From IMG/VR virus record IMGVR_UViG_3300012016_000004, positions 1 to 64,000 of that record: a stretch of DNA of 64,000 nt; one strand, 5' to 3'. The position numbers and the translations under genes were made by a program. A model generated the notes under the pieces. The model searched no databases. It had not been told where the DNA came from and saw only the letters and a list, made by a program, of their open reading frames with translations. The stretch comes from a virus (lineage: Duplodnaviria > Caudoviricetes). Numbering within the stretch: position 1 is the stretch's first letter; every line of letters starts with the position of its first letter. Positions 19,073 through 28,177 of the stretch are shown one piece after another.

Positions 19073-19810
19073 CTACTTCTTTGGTTCGAGACCACGGATT
19101 GAGGCACCAGGCTGTCCGGCTTTCTTTCTGCGCTCAATGCGAGCATTGACTGCCTCACTGGGTTTGTCTCCGGTAGGAGTTCCAGTCTTGGGAGGACGCA
19201 CACTTGTGAGAGAGCCAATCTTGAGCTTCTTGCTCATAGCTTCCCAACCTTCTTTGACCTCGGCTACGAATGAGTCAACATCCTCCTGCTTCTCGAACTT
19301 CTTGCCTTTCAGCATCAGTCCGTAGTAGGACTCGTCAACACCTTCGAGGGCAGCGATGGCTTTTTCGCGGAGAGTGGAATCCGTGCGTTCGCTGACCAGG
19401 CGTTTGTTCTCGGATTCCAGCTCGGAGATTCGCTTTTCCTGGTCGGCCTTGTACTGTTTGAACCATTCCGGTTCTTTCTTCTCGGCCTCCTTACGGCGCT
19501 CCTCCTCTTCCTTCGCTTTGCGTGCGGCTTCTTCTTTAGCCTTGCGCTCAGCCTCCTCTTCCTCCTTAGTCTTGGTGGGATGGTCTTTCTCAAATTGCGC
19601 CTTCAACCGTTCGTATGACCGATTGGCCGCACTCTGTGAAAGTTTCAGAAATGGAAGATGGTTGTCAACTACTTTGTCAACTTCTTCCTGGGTTGCTTCT
19701 TCTGGATGAAGCTTTGCGATGTTTTCGCTGGCTTCCCTGAGTTCTTCCTCACTGAACCCGTACGAAGCTGCTTTCGGTTTCAGTGCATCGAGGACTTGTT
19801 GAGTCTCCAT
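19073..19810 (-). CDS. Capsid scaffolding protein
   Basis: 245 aa, charged coiled coil (EEEAERKAKEEAARKAKEEEE), EPEWFK motif, upstream of capsid. Confidence 0.75.
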   Translation of the reverse strand: METQQVLDALKPKAASYGFSEEELREASENIAKLHPEEATQEEVDKVVDNHLPFLKLSQSAANRSYERLKAQFEKDHPTKTKEEEEAERKAKEEAARKAKEEEERRKEAEKKEPEWFKQYKADQEKRISELESENKRLVSERTDSTLREKAIAALEGVDESYYGLMLKGKKFEKQEDVDSFVAEVKEGWEAMSKKLKIGSLTSVRPPKTGTPTGDKPSEAVNARIERRKKAGQPGASIRGLEPKK

Positions 19811-19836
19811 AAATTTACTTTCGTTAAATTTTTAAT

Positions 19837-19875
19837 AAAAACTGGGGCGGCCACACGAATCGGAGACAGCCCCAG
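19837..19875 (-). terminator. Terminator-like hairpin in the scaffold gene leader
   Basis: CTGGGGC...GCCCCAG stem followed by TTTTT on the minus strand. Confidence 0.5.
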
Positions 19876-19922
19876 CGAAGTAAGTTTTACGAGACTTAGC
19901 CTGCGAATCGGGTAGCTCGGCG

Positions 19923-19960
19923 CAAATATAAGCAAAACCGTTGCGATTTGCAACGGTTTT
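19923..19960 (-). promoter_or_regulatory. Promoter of head/tail operon with palindromic operator
   Basis: TATATTTG -7 box (19930-19923); 11-bp inverted repeat AAAACCGTTGC-N5-GCAACGGTTTT (19934-19960). Confidence 0.65.
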
Positions 19961-20074
19961 AGGGAAAATTTTTTTCGCTTCCTTCCGAAAGCAAGAAATC
20001 CAAATAACCAACAGACGGTCAGAACGACCTAATTCGCAGACTCGCGTGGAAGCTCTCGAATCTTCCCTTTGATG

Positions 20075-20416
20075 CTATCTCTGGACTGGAGGAGCGATAA
20101 CATTGAAATCAGTTACGACCACCTCGTAGCCGTACCTCTCCGTTCCGTCCTGGGCAGTGAACTTATAGTTTCGGATTCGCCCGACCACGCTGACATTGGC
20201 CCCTTTCTCGATGGTCTCTACACTTTCCATCTGAGGATAGGGCTGCTGCCAAACGATGCAGTTGAACCACTGGACGTCAACTATCTGATTGCCATCCTTG
20301 TCATTGTAAGTGCGCTCTGTGCAGAGAGAGAAGCGACATGCCTTACGATTTCCATAGGTGGATACTTCGGCGCGACCCACCACCCCGCGCAATTCGATTT
20401 TGTTCAAATATTCCAT
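20075..20416 (-). CDS. ssb: Single-stranded DNA-binding protein
   Basis: LNKIELRGVVG...FSLCT...VQWFNCIVW...KGANVSVVGRIRNYKF OB-fold motifs; no acidic tail; probable start 20416. Confidence 0.85.
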   Translation of the reverse strand: MEYLNKIELRGVVGRAEVSTYGNRKACRFSLCTERTYNDKDGNQIVDVQWFNCIVWQQPYPQMESVETIEKGANVSVVGRIRNYKFTAQDGTERYGYEVVVTDFNVIAPPVQR

Positions 20417-20417
20417 A

Positions 20418-20798
20418 TCAGTTCTGTACTTTATACGTTCTTTCATCAGAGAATGAGAACCAGCAGCCGTTTCCGATGACAACGACATCTGTAAGGCTCA
20501 TCTGGACCGACCGGAGCATATTGGTAATGCCGGCCACCGATTCAATCTCCTTGGATGTCGGCTCCGGTGTGTTACGTGCAGTATCATAGACGAGAATGAC
20601 TGACCTGCAGTCCGGATTGTCAATGGCTTTGACGACCGGCGAATGATAGTCGGCCAGCAGGTCTCCGACAGTGTGGTCTGTGCCGATGACCTCGTACTGG
20701 GAGTTGAGCATGACTGCCGAAATGATTCCGGCATCGTGATTCTGGTGATACCGACCAACCAGGTCGAACACGTTCTTGGAGCATGTAATCTTTTCCAT
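20418..20798 (-). CDS. RadC-like JAB domain protein (degenerate)
   Basis: MLNSQYEVIG...SVILVY...PEPTSKEIE...LTDVVVIG..WFSFSD; the usual HNHP metal motif is replaced. Confidence 0.65.
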   Translation of the reverse strand: MEKITCSKNVFDLVGRYHQNHDAGIISAVMLNSQYEVIGTDHTVGDLLADYHSPVVKAIDNPDCRSVILVYDTARNTPEPTSKEIESVAGITNMLRSVQMSLTDVVVIGNGCWFSFSDERTYKVQN

Positions 20799-21431
20799 CT
20801 ACTTAACCTCCGCAATCTTGGTTAATTCATCAACGATACGGCGCCATTCTTCGGTGCGCCAGACGAGATTCTCCTCTGCCTTATTGGTGCCTGGGGCTGT
20901 GATGATGTCAATGGCATCCATCAAGTCATTCGGAGCATAGACATTGGATGGGAGCAGGCTGGCAGTCTGAATGGCCAGCTGGAAGGGCATCAGGAACTTC
21001 GAGAAGTCCGACTTTGAGAACTGATAGACATCGTAGCCGGATACTCCGTATGGACTGCGAATGCTTCCGTCAAGACCCAGCTCTCCGATAATGCAGAGTG
21101 AGCTGGTCATGTACTTCGTTTCTATCTGGCCGGATGCCAGCAGGAGCGCTATTGCAATCGGGAGGTCGAAGCCGGAGCCGAACGCCGTGGCATTGCCATA
21201 GACCGACTCAATGACGATGACCACCTTCTTTCCTGGGATGCGATAGCCTTTGGCCTCGATGGCGGTAACTGTGCGTAGCAGACTTTCTTTGACGGCCTGG
21301 TCTGCGAGACCGATAAGGTGGATGCCGATGCCGGGCGCGACCTCGCAACTGACTTTGAATTGGCGGTAATGCTGGCCGATTCTGATGACTGAGTGAACTA
21401 TTGCTTGCATAACTTTCTTACTATTTGTCAT
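20799..21431 (-). CDS. Stand-alone N-terminal domain of ComM/YifB Mg-chelatase-like protein
   Basis: GIHLIGLADQAVKES..R...AI...GYRIPGKKVV...GSGFDLPIAIALL...IIGELGLDGSIR; no Walker A/AAA+ part. Confidence 0.75.
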   Translation of the reverse strand: MTNSKKVMQAIVHSVIRIGQHYRQFKVSCEVAPGIGIHLIGLADQAVKESLLRTVTAIEAKGYRIPGKKVVIVIESVYGNATAFGSGFDLPIAIALLLASGQIETKYMTSSLCIIGELGLDGSIRSPYGVSGYDVYQFSKSDFSKFLMPFQLAIQTASLLPSNVYAPNDLMDAIDIITAPGTNKAEENLVWRTEEWRRIVDELTKIAEVK

Positions 21432-21756
21432 TATAAACTCTGATACCGAAACTACCGAGATAGCGCTGGAATTCTTCCTCGTCTCTGCAAAGCCCGTGAA
21501 CATCTACGATGGCTTCCTTCATCTGTCCGTATAGGATGGAGTTCGAATGATAGCTCTCCGCGAGAACGATGAATCCTCCGTCTTCATAGGGGCGAGCAGT
21601 GATGAGGCCATCCTCATCAAGACCGAAGACTTCGATATGCCCAACTTCATCCATCTTAAGGACATAGGCAATCAGCCGGACGATGTGCTGGTATTCAGAA
21701 TCGAAGGCGACCTTTGGCTCATTGAACTGAACGGTCTGCATTGATACTAAGTTCAT
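21421..21756 (-). CDS. Hypothetical protein
   Basis: 111-aa ORF tightly packed in the operon. Confidence 0.6.
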   Translation of the reverse strand: MNLVSMQTVQFNEPKVAFDSEYQHIVRLIAYVLKMDEVGHIEVFGLDEDGLITARPYEDGGFIVLAESYHSNSILYGQMKEAIVDVHGLCRDEEEFQRYLGSFGIRVYNDK

Positions 21757-21758
21757 GG

Positions 21759-22040
21759 CTACTCCTCCGCTATCTTTTGCCCGGCCTTGGTCTGGCGGTT
21801 ATCCTTGAATGCATCCGGCTCAATGATTTCCCAAACCTTGCAGCAAACTCCGATGACGATCATCCATAGGATGCGTTCGATGACGAACCAGGCGCCGGAG
21901 AATACGCCAAACATCTTGTCTGCCCAGTTGTACCATTCTTCGGTAGGTTCTCCTACCACACCGCAGAATGCGTAGAATCCGATGAGGAATAGAGCCACTT
22001 TCAGCAGGCCCTTTCCGATTGTGATAACTGTCTTCTTCAT
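21759..22040 (-). CDS. Small membrane protein
   Basis: 93 aa, two hydrophobic segments; leader motif upstream. Confidence 0.65.
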   Translation of the reverse strand: MKKTVITIGKGLLKVALFLIGFYAFCGVVGEPTEEWYNWADKMFGVFSGAWFVIERILWMIVIGVCCKVWEIIEPDAFKDNRQTKAGQKIAEE

Positions 22041-22063
22041 ATACTTACTTTCTTATTTGGTTC

Positions 22064-22330
22064 TTACTTCGTGAGGGGGTGAGCGATCAGTCGCTCGTCA
22101 AGGTCATCGGCCCAATACTTCAACAGACCGTGAAAGTGCTGAGCCACATTCCATAGATTCAAGCGGCCCTCTACCCGCATCCCTATCGTATCTATCCATC
22201 CGTGCTCGAATGGGTTGTAGCCTTCGTTCAGCTCCTCATCGCTGGCCTTGAACGTGACATACCAAACGTGGAGCAGTATCTCCTTGACCTCCAGCCTGGT
22301 CTTCATGGCTTCGTAAACTTCCTTCTTCAT
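22064..22330 (-). CDS. Hypothetical protein
   Basis: 88-aa ORF with start/stop overlap to neighbour. Confidence 0.6.
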   Translation of the reverse strand: MKKEVYEAMKTRLEVKEILLHVWYVTFKASDEELNEGYNPFEHGWIDTIGMRVEGRLNLWNVAQHFHGLLKYWADDLDERLIAHPLTK

Positions 22331-22611
22331 AGCTCAATATCTTTTGTTTTGATAGCGACTTTCACCGTGTCCAGCAGGTTCATTCTGATGGTCTTTGGCG
22401 TTGCATATCCTTTGCAAAGACCGTTGATATACAGCTCCATCGTCCGGTCTTCCATATCGACTATTTCAACTCTGATTCGATTGCCTTTCTTGCGAAGATA
22501 GAAGGCAGCATTGGTATTGAGCACCTCCGGGCGAGTCAAGCTCCCCCCGGTCTTCTCTGCGTATTCCTGCATGGGAATCGTATAGCTCCAGACATCAGCG
22601 AATGTGAACAT
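22327..22611 (-). CDS. Hypothetical protein
   Basis: 94-aa ORF in operon. Confidence 0.6.
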   Translation of the reverse strand: MFTFADVWSYTIPMQEYAEKTGGSLTRPEVLNTNAAFYLRKKGNRIRVEIVDMEDRTMELYINGLCKGYATPKTIRMNLLDTVKVAIKTKDIEL

Positions 22612-22623
22612 GTCTCGTCCTCC

Positions 22624-22857
22624 TTATTTCAAGATGCATACAATAGCGTCCTGCAACTCCGGACAGAACTGACGGCTACTAAGAATGGACATACCCATCT
22701 CCAGAATGGCATCTTCTTCGTCTTCTTCTTTGAGTGTAAACCAAGACCGGGGAGCGCCGGTCTCTTTCATTGCGCCGGCGATGAACCGCTCAGCACTTTC
22801 TTTGCTTTTGAACTGGAGTGGAGCCTTACGGCCTTTCAGATAGACTTTAGTCTTCAT
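22624..22857 (-). CDS. Hypothetical early protein
   Basis: 77 aa; first gene behind a promoter cassette. Confidence 0.65.
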   Translation of the reverse strand: MKTKVYLKGRKAPLQFKSKESAERFIAGAMKETGAPRSWFTLKEEDEEDAILEMGMSILSSRQFCPELQDAIVCILK

Positions 22858-22975
22858 AACTTGCTTACTTTCGTTTTGTTGTTGGTGTTATTTGGTACTG
22901 TAAAGATAGTCATTATTTGGGAATTATCCAAATTTAATCGCTTAATTTACAATAAATTACACAAGTTTTTTGCAG
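22858..22975 (-). promoter_or_regulatory. Repeated early promoter cassette, copy 1
   Basis: TTTG-N20-TATCTTTA, ATTTGG/CCAAAT palindrome, AACGAAAGTAAG leader. Confidence 0.7.
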
Positions 22976-22982
22976 TCAGACT

Positions 22983-23287
22983 TTAGGCCGAGAAGATGAG
23001 TTGTCCGACCATTTCGGACAACTTGACCGGAGCCTCAAACAAGTCCGGGGACTAAGATGGGACCAAGTTGCCATGATTCCATGAAAAACGGAGGCGCACT
23101 TCACAGCGGGCCTCCGAACCAAATAATAACCAACTGGAAAGCAAGTTCCAGAAGGGCTTGCAGCAGCCGCTCCAGGGTGGCGAATTTTTTAGTGTTCAGT
23201 TTTTTCGCACCTGGGCGACTGACGGGAAATCACAACTTATTCATTATTAACTAATTAACATTTAACCTCTTTACTCTATCGGCCTAA
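22983..23287. ncRNA. Candidate structured RNA / small-peptide locus
   Basis: Terminal 9-bp helix TTAGGCCGA/TCGGCCTAA enclosing several hairpins; no long ORF. Confidence 0.35.
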
Positions 23288-23294
23288 TCGGCGG

Positions 23295-23528
23295 TCAATC
23301 CCAGTAGGCATTGTTGGTCACGGTCAATCCTCCGAAGGGTGTTCCCCCGTACATGGAGCATTCCAAAGCCGTTCCAGTCATGTACGAAATCTCATCCGGA
23401 TTGAACTGGAGAAAGTCGCGGATGTAGAGCTCAACGTTGTTCTCATACTTCTCGGCAATTTCGTTTTCGTCTGCCTTGACGAAGACCACCTCTCCTGCAT
23501 TGTGGTCGAGGATGCAAATATCTATCAT
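23295..23528 (-). CDS. Hypothetical protein
   Basis: 77-aa ORF. Confidence 0.55.
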   Translation of the reverse strand: MIDICILDHNAGEVVFVKADENEIAEKYENNVELYIRDFLQFNPDEISYMTGTALECSMYGGTPFGGLTVTNNAYWD

Positions 23529-23530
23529 GG

Positions 23531-23722
23531 CTAAAACAGGTTTTCTGACTTGTCACACATGCTGGCAGAGAGTTTCCTCTTGTTCCAGTACAACTTCATG
23601 AAGCGCTTCTTGGCCTTTTCTGCGGCCTCCTGGTAGGTGTCTGCCTTGATATTGAAGAAGACATCGCGTGTGCCGGTATCTTCGACGGCCACCGTGTAGC
23701 TGTATTTCTTTTTCTGAGCCAT
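23531..23722 (-). CDS. Hypothetical protein
   Basis: 63-aa ORF. Confidence 0.55.
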   Translation of the reverse strand: MAQKKKYSYTVAVEDTGTRDVFFNIKADTYQEAAEKAKKRFMKLYWNKRKLSASMCDKSENLF

Positions 23723-23724
23723 AG

Positions 23725-24303
23725 CTATTTGATTTCAATAACGGCCTCCTTCCACCGATTGAGCAGGTCCTGCATCATGGCCTTGCAATCCTCCATGTCT
23801 TTGATGACTTCTCGCGGATCATCAGGCGCACCGTTAATTCCGTGGCCATCCACTGTCCATAGGGAGGCTTCATAGAACGGGTCGTAGCCTTCGATGTAGT
23901 CCTCAAGGCGTTCTATCATCTCCTGGGGCGTTTTCTTTTCAAGAATGATGGTGCAATTAAAGTCCTGCCCCTTGGGACTGAATTTCTCCATGTTGTAGTC
24001 ACACATAGATTCGTTGCCGTCCATAAAGACTTTCCATCCAAGTTCCTCGGCAATATCCGTCAGTCTTGCCATCCCATTGCGCTTGAAGGCGAAAATCGGT
24101 TCGACGTCGAGGGCCTTACAGTAATCTGCAAGCATAGTGAGAGTAATAGTCTCGGTACGACTATTTTCTATTTCCGAGATTCTTGAACGTGAAGTGCCAA
24201 TCCGGCGGGCTACCTCTGTGATGGTAAGGCCCTGGCGCTCACGTTCCTTTATGAGAGCGGAGAGGACTCTTATTCTTAATTGTTCCGAATGCATGCTTCC
24301 CAT
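23725..24303 (-). CDS. XRE-family HTH protein with extra C-terminal domain
   Basis: RERQGLTITEVARRIGTSRSRISEIEN HTH motif. Confidence 0.8.
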   Translation of the reverse strand: MGSMHSEQLRIRVLSALIKERERQGLTITEVARRIGTSRSRISEIENSRTETITLTMLADYCKALDVEPIFAFKRNGMARLTDIAEELGWKVFMDGNESMCDYNMEKFSPKGQDFNCTIILEKKTPQEMIERLEDYIEGYDPFYEASLWTVDGHGINGAPDDPREVIKDMEDCKAMMQDLLNRWKEAVIEIK

Positions 24304-24307
24304 ATCG

Positions 24308-24952
24308 CTATCCCTTTAATATGTCCCACAATTCAAGGATTACCACATTCTCTCCGAAGAACCACCATTTGAAGATAAACGCATCGTCTTCGTCTTCGAG
24401 GTCTGGGAACTGGAGGAAGTTTCCGGATTCCCAATAGCATCCCTGGGCTTCTTCCTCGGCCCACTCCTTGAATGACTCTGTGGTGTTAACATCCTTCCAT
24501 ATGTTTTCAACGGACGGGCGTACGCGCTTATCAAGGTATTCCTCGTCATTGAACGTTTCCGGAAGTGCGTCATTCACCTTTCCGAACTTCCACGTGAGGT
24601 TCGGCTTCTGCATGAACGTTTCGAGGGAGACCTGGGGCAAGCCAAGTGAAGTCAGACCTCTATTCAAGTCCTGCAGATAGCCGTTGGCGGGGTCACGGAA
24701 TTTCTTCACATCGATTTCTTTTCGCACGCTCCATAAATCCGGGTCATCCACTTTGTCGGTTTTGAGCCTCCAGTGTTCGAGAGGAAGGCTTTCCAAAGCG
24801 GCCCAGTTTGCGAGTGTCTGCTGGAGATGGGTTGCAGATTGAGCGACCGTACTGAGGTCGTAGAGTGCCGTTTGGCTGAATCGGATACTACTCATATTAC
24901 CTTCTGATAACGCCGCCTCCTTTGCGCAGCTTTTCGGTTGCTTCCTTATCAA
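24308..24952 (-). CDS. Hypothetical protein
   Basis: 214-aa ORF; start uncertain. Confidence 0.6.
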   Translation of the reverse strand: MIRKQPKSCAKEAALSEGNMSSIRFSQTALYDLSTVAQSATHLQQTLANWAALESLPLEHWRLKTDKVDDPDLWSVRKEIDVKKFRDPANGYLQDLNRGLTSLGLPQVSLETFMQKPNLTWKFGKVNDALPETFNDEEYLDKRVRPSVENIWKDVNTTESFKEWAEEEAQGCYWESGNFLQFPDLEDEDDAFIFKWWFFGENVVILELWDILKG

Positions 24953-25163
24953 CAGTCAGGCACTTCATGGGGATGACCGGTTCGAAGACCTGCACTTTGT
25001 TGCCGGGCAACTCTATATTACCGTACTTGACCTTGGCATAGCTGCCGAACAGACCTATGACCTCCGCAAGCTGGCCATCGTGCCGAGAGCCGGTGCCATG
25101 AATCTTTACGGCCATGCCAACCTTGATTTCACTGTCCTCCGTGACTTTCAAACTCCTAATCAT
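24897..25163 (-). CDS. KOW-like hypothetical protein
   Basis: IKVGMAVKIHGTGSRHDGQLAEVIG. Confidence 0.5.
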   Translation of the reverse strand: MIRSLKVTEDSEIKVGMAVKIHGTGSRHDGQLAEVIGLFGSYAKVKYGNIELPGNKVQVFEPVIPMKCLTVDKEATEKLRKGGGVIRR

Positions 25164-25338
25164 TGCGAACCCTCCTCTGGATTACGTGGAACGTGATGCC
25201 AGGATATTTCTTTTTCAGCTCATTCAGTGCCTTGCCGACCTCCGCCACCTGGTTGTCTTCGAAAGTCTGCTCGTCCTCCCACTTATGGGTGCGAGTGTCT
25301 CGGCGCTGAATTACGATGATGGTCTTCTTCTTGCTCAT
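25156..25338 (-). CDS. Hypothetical protein
   Basis: 60-aa ORF overlapping neighbours. Confidence 0.5.
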   Translation of the reverse strand: MSKKKTIIVIQRRDTRTHKWEDEQTFEDNQVAEVGKALNELKKKYPGITFHVIQRRVRND

Positions 25339-26262
25339 TTTGCGTAGTCGTATTGAAATTCGAACTTGATGCCTTCCGGCAGGAACACCTCGTCATCCCA
25401 GTCGGAATGATCGTCCTCGCTGACCGAATCCACAAATGCCTGGAACTCCTCGCGTGTCCAGTGCTTGCAGTAGTGAGCGAAGCGCTCCTCCGTGTGATTG
25501 AACACGACCGTATTCTTGTGCGTGTAGTAGATGATATTGTCAACGGTGCCGAGGCGGTCAAAGATGTAGAGAGAGACGGCCTTGTCAAGCACTGCCTCCT
25601 GCATTACCTTATCGTATCTGGAGACAATTCGGTCGCGCTCTTTCTCAAGTTTCTCGATGCGGGCCTTCTCCTCGCGTTCTGCGATGGCTTCTTTTTCCCA
25701 GTAGCCTTGTGCCAGGAGTGTCTCGACCTCTTGGCATTCTTCATCCGTGAGTGTGAGTGTGCGCTCCTCCTCCGGCTTGTATGGATTGACAAAGGTATCG
25801 CCGGACAACTCCTCCAGGTGCTTGATGGCGGCATCGGCCGCTTTCTGCCAGCGGTCAACGATTCCCATCTTGAAAAGCTGATATTTGAAGTACCGCTTGT
25901 CCGCAGAGAGCTGCATGGCCTCGGCCTTGCTGATGTGGAGATAATCGGCAGCTTTTTCTGCCCCCCCCCTCCTTCAACCAGTAGATGCCGTTCTCGACGG
26001 CATACATCGGAACGCCGTGGCAGTTCGAGAGATGCAAGGCAACAAAATCCTTGAACTCCGGGAAATGCTTGAGGATGGTGTCGTGGATGCATCCTCCTTC
26101 ATTATGAATCCATCGGCCGTTTTCCTTGATATAGGTTTCTCCAGTGATGGCAAAATCACAATGACCATTGTGGCATTCATCATCGAGTCGGATTTCCACG
26201 ACAATCTTCTTTCTGGAAGTCTCCTTCGTGGCGATGTGCATGATTCCGGTTTGTGTCTTCAT
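25335..26262 (-). pseudogene. Single gene split by a frameshift at a G9 tract
   Basis: ORF 25855..26262 reads ...IYWLKE GGG; removing one G from 25961-25969 joins it to AEKAADYLHISKAEAMQLSADKRYF... of ORF 25335..25916. Confidence 0.7.
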
Positions 26263-26273
26263 GGCCGTTCCTC

Positions 26274-26573
26274 CTACTCGTTATTCATACCGGCAATCAC
26301 GAACACCGTGTAGAGTGCAGTGATGGGAGTGACCTGGCAGACAGCCCCGTCAGAGAACTCCTTGTCCTGGAAATACGAGGCGAGGCCGTCGATGACCTCC
26401 TCCCGGCTGTTGGCATTCTTGTTGATGAAAAACTCAGCCTGGTCTTCTTCCTCCTCCAGATAGAAGGACGGCTCCGGGCGGTCTTCTCCTTCGACCCATT
26501 TCTTGGCGCCGAAGATTTCGGATAGGCGGGCGATGGCCTCCTTCCGTGTGATTTGAATTTTGCTTGTCTCCAT
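26274..26573 (-). CDS. Hypothetical protein
   Basis: 99 aa; leader motif upstream. Confidence 0.65.
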   Translation of the reverse strand: METSKIQITRKEAIARLSEIFGAKKWVEGEDRPEPSFYLEEEEDQAEFFINKNANSREEVIDGLASYFQDKEFSDGAVCQVTPITALYTVFVIAGMNNE

Positions 26574-26598
26574 AAATACTTACTTTCGTTATTGGTTA

Positions 26599-26835
26599 TT
26601 ACTTGTCTTCTATCTTGTAGCATTCGTAGCTATAATGCCAGTGATTAGCTTCGCACTTCCGCTGGACGATCTCGAACTGCTTCTCCAGGAACCAGGTCTT
26701 TGATTCAGCAGCGATGACAGTGAGAGTAATACCGCCATCATAATTTATCGGCATCTGAGACTTAACGAGAATCCGTGCCAGGTTGCTAAGCTCTGCGAGC
26801 GGTGCCTTGATGTAGTGTTTGTATATCTCCATCAC
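26599..26835 (-). CDS. Hypothetical protein
   Basis: 78-aa ORF. Confidence 0.55.
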   Translation of the reverse strand: MMEIYKHYIKAPLAELSNLARILVKSQMPINYDGGITLTVIAAESKTWFLEKQFEIVQRKCEANHWHYSYECYKIEDK

Positions 26836-27077
26836 TGTCTGAAATCAAAATACTGCTCGGCGCAAGCCTCGATAGTTTCCGGCTCAGCATCAACGATGCT
26901 TTCGTATATCCAGCCCTCCGGTGTGTCAAGATAACCGTCAATGACCTTGACCTCATAGGTTGCAGGATTGACGGCAAACTCATACACTTCCGGGATGTCA
27001 TCCTCGTAGGCTTCTGCCAGTGCGTTGTAGATATTGTCGCACAACTCCTTGAAACGATTGTACTCGGACTGCTTCAT
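26832..27077 (-). CDS. Hypothetical acidic protein
   Basis: 81-aa ORF. Confidence 0.6.
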   Translation of the reverse strand: MKQSEYNRFKELCDNIYNALAEAYEDDIPEVYEFAVNPATYEVKVIDGYLDTPEGWIYESIVDAEPETIEACAEQYFDFRQ

Positions 27078-27243
27078 CTTGACGCCCTCCTTCCTTTAGT
27101 TTGATTACGGCGATGGGCCTTTTTCTTCTTGCGGGTATCTTTACCTATCCCCACCCGATATTCGTGATGCTGATTCGGGAGCGAATCAGACCAGGCTTGA
27201 GCTACGCGCTCGATGTCTGAGAACCTCGTCATGACTGCTCCTC

Positions 27244-27543
27244 CTATTTCAGAACGAACTTGATAGCATCGCAGCTTTCCGGCTGGAAGATGTTCAGCTG
27301 CCGGTCATCGTAACCCATGCTCCGGAGAGCATAATACAGAGAGTAGCGGAGGTCGCTGAGCTGTGCTTCGAGAATCGACTGGGTGTCGTAATACGTGTAA
27401 ATCGTATTCTCCAGCTCCTCCCTTTCTTCGATGGGAGTTTCAGCGCGACGGCCTTTCAGCATTTCGCGATACTGTTCAGTGTGGGAGATTTCCTCTTTGT
27501 GAGCCTCGATCTGGGCTTTCAGATGTTCAATAACGGTCTTCAT
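27244..27543 (-). CDS. Hypothetical coiled-coil early protein
   Basis: 99 aa; first gene behind a promoter cassette. Confidence 0.65.
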   Translation of the reverse strand: MKTVIEHLKAQIEAHKEEISHTEQYREMLKGRRAETPIEEREELENTIYTYYDTQSILEAQLSDLRYSLYYALRSMGYDDRQLNIFQPESCDAIKFVLK

Positions 27544-27650
27544 AAACTTACTTTCGTTGAGTTGTTATTTGGTATTGCAAATCTAATCATTTTTTGGGAA
27601 TTTACCAAATAATAACGCATTTATTTACAGATAGTTATGCGAATTTTTGA
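27544..27650 (-). promoter_or_regulatory. Repeated early promoter cassette, copy 2
   Basis: TAGATTTG -7 box, TTTGG/CCAAA palindrome, AACGAAAGTAAG leader. Confidence 0.7.
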
Positions 27651-27944
27651 CGCATCAAAATCCGCAAGAATGAGAGGCACGAAAAGACGGAACACAGCGC
27701 GTTTTTCCTCCGGTATATCGTCCTCTGTCAAGCACCGACATATCAGACCTCCAAGCGAGATTTGCATCGCTTCTGCGAGCTTTTTGAGGTGTTCCTGCGT
27801 GGGAAAAGAATAGCCCTTTTCTATGCTCGACAGGGCGTTGGACGAGATGCCGGCCATAGCGGCGAGCTGCTTCTGCTTGAGGTGGCGCTCCTTTCGGACG
27901 AGCCGGATGGTCTCTCCAAGTTCTGCCATGACATCAGAAGTCAA
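27621..27944 (-). CDS. XRE-family HTH transcriptional regulator
   Basis: IRLVRKERHLKQKQLAAMAGISSNALSSIEKG. Confidence 0.85.
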   Translation of the reverse strand: MTSDVMAELGETIRLVRKERHLKQKQLAAMAGISSNALSSIEKGYSFPTQEHLKKLAEAMQISLGGLICRCLTEDDIPEEKRAVFRLFVPLILADFDASKIRITICK

Positions 27945-28167
27945 GAGAGAATACCCAATCCTTCAAGGAGCCGAAGTCCTTGCATTTCTTCGGGACTTTC
28001 AACGTGCGCTGGTGGCAGATGATTACCAGGGCCTTGCGGCCAGGCAACAGATGGCACTCCATGAACTTCTGTGCAAGTTCCTTGTTGAAACGAGAGATGT
28101 CAACCGGATGCGTCTTGATGAGTATCGGCGCCAGGTCTGACTTGACTGAGCAGGTGAAATTATCCAT
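27934..28167 (-). CDS. Hypothetical protein
   Basis: 77-aa ORF. Confidence 0.45.
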   Translation of the reverse strand: MDNFTCSVKSDLAPILIKTHPVDISRFNKELAQKFMECHLLPGRKALVIICHQRTLKVPKKCKDFGSLKDWVFSLDF

Positions 28168-28177
28168 ATATCTGGAT

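Noticed and set aside
27170-27212. tRNA-like 5' segment GCGCGTAGCTCAAGCCTGGT next to an 8-bp hairpin
   Set aside because: No D-stem partner, T-loop or acceptor 3' strand; lies within a possible 52-aa ORF.
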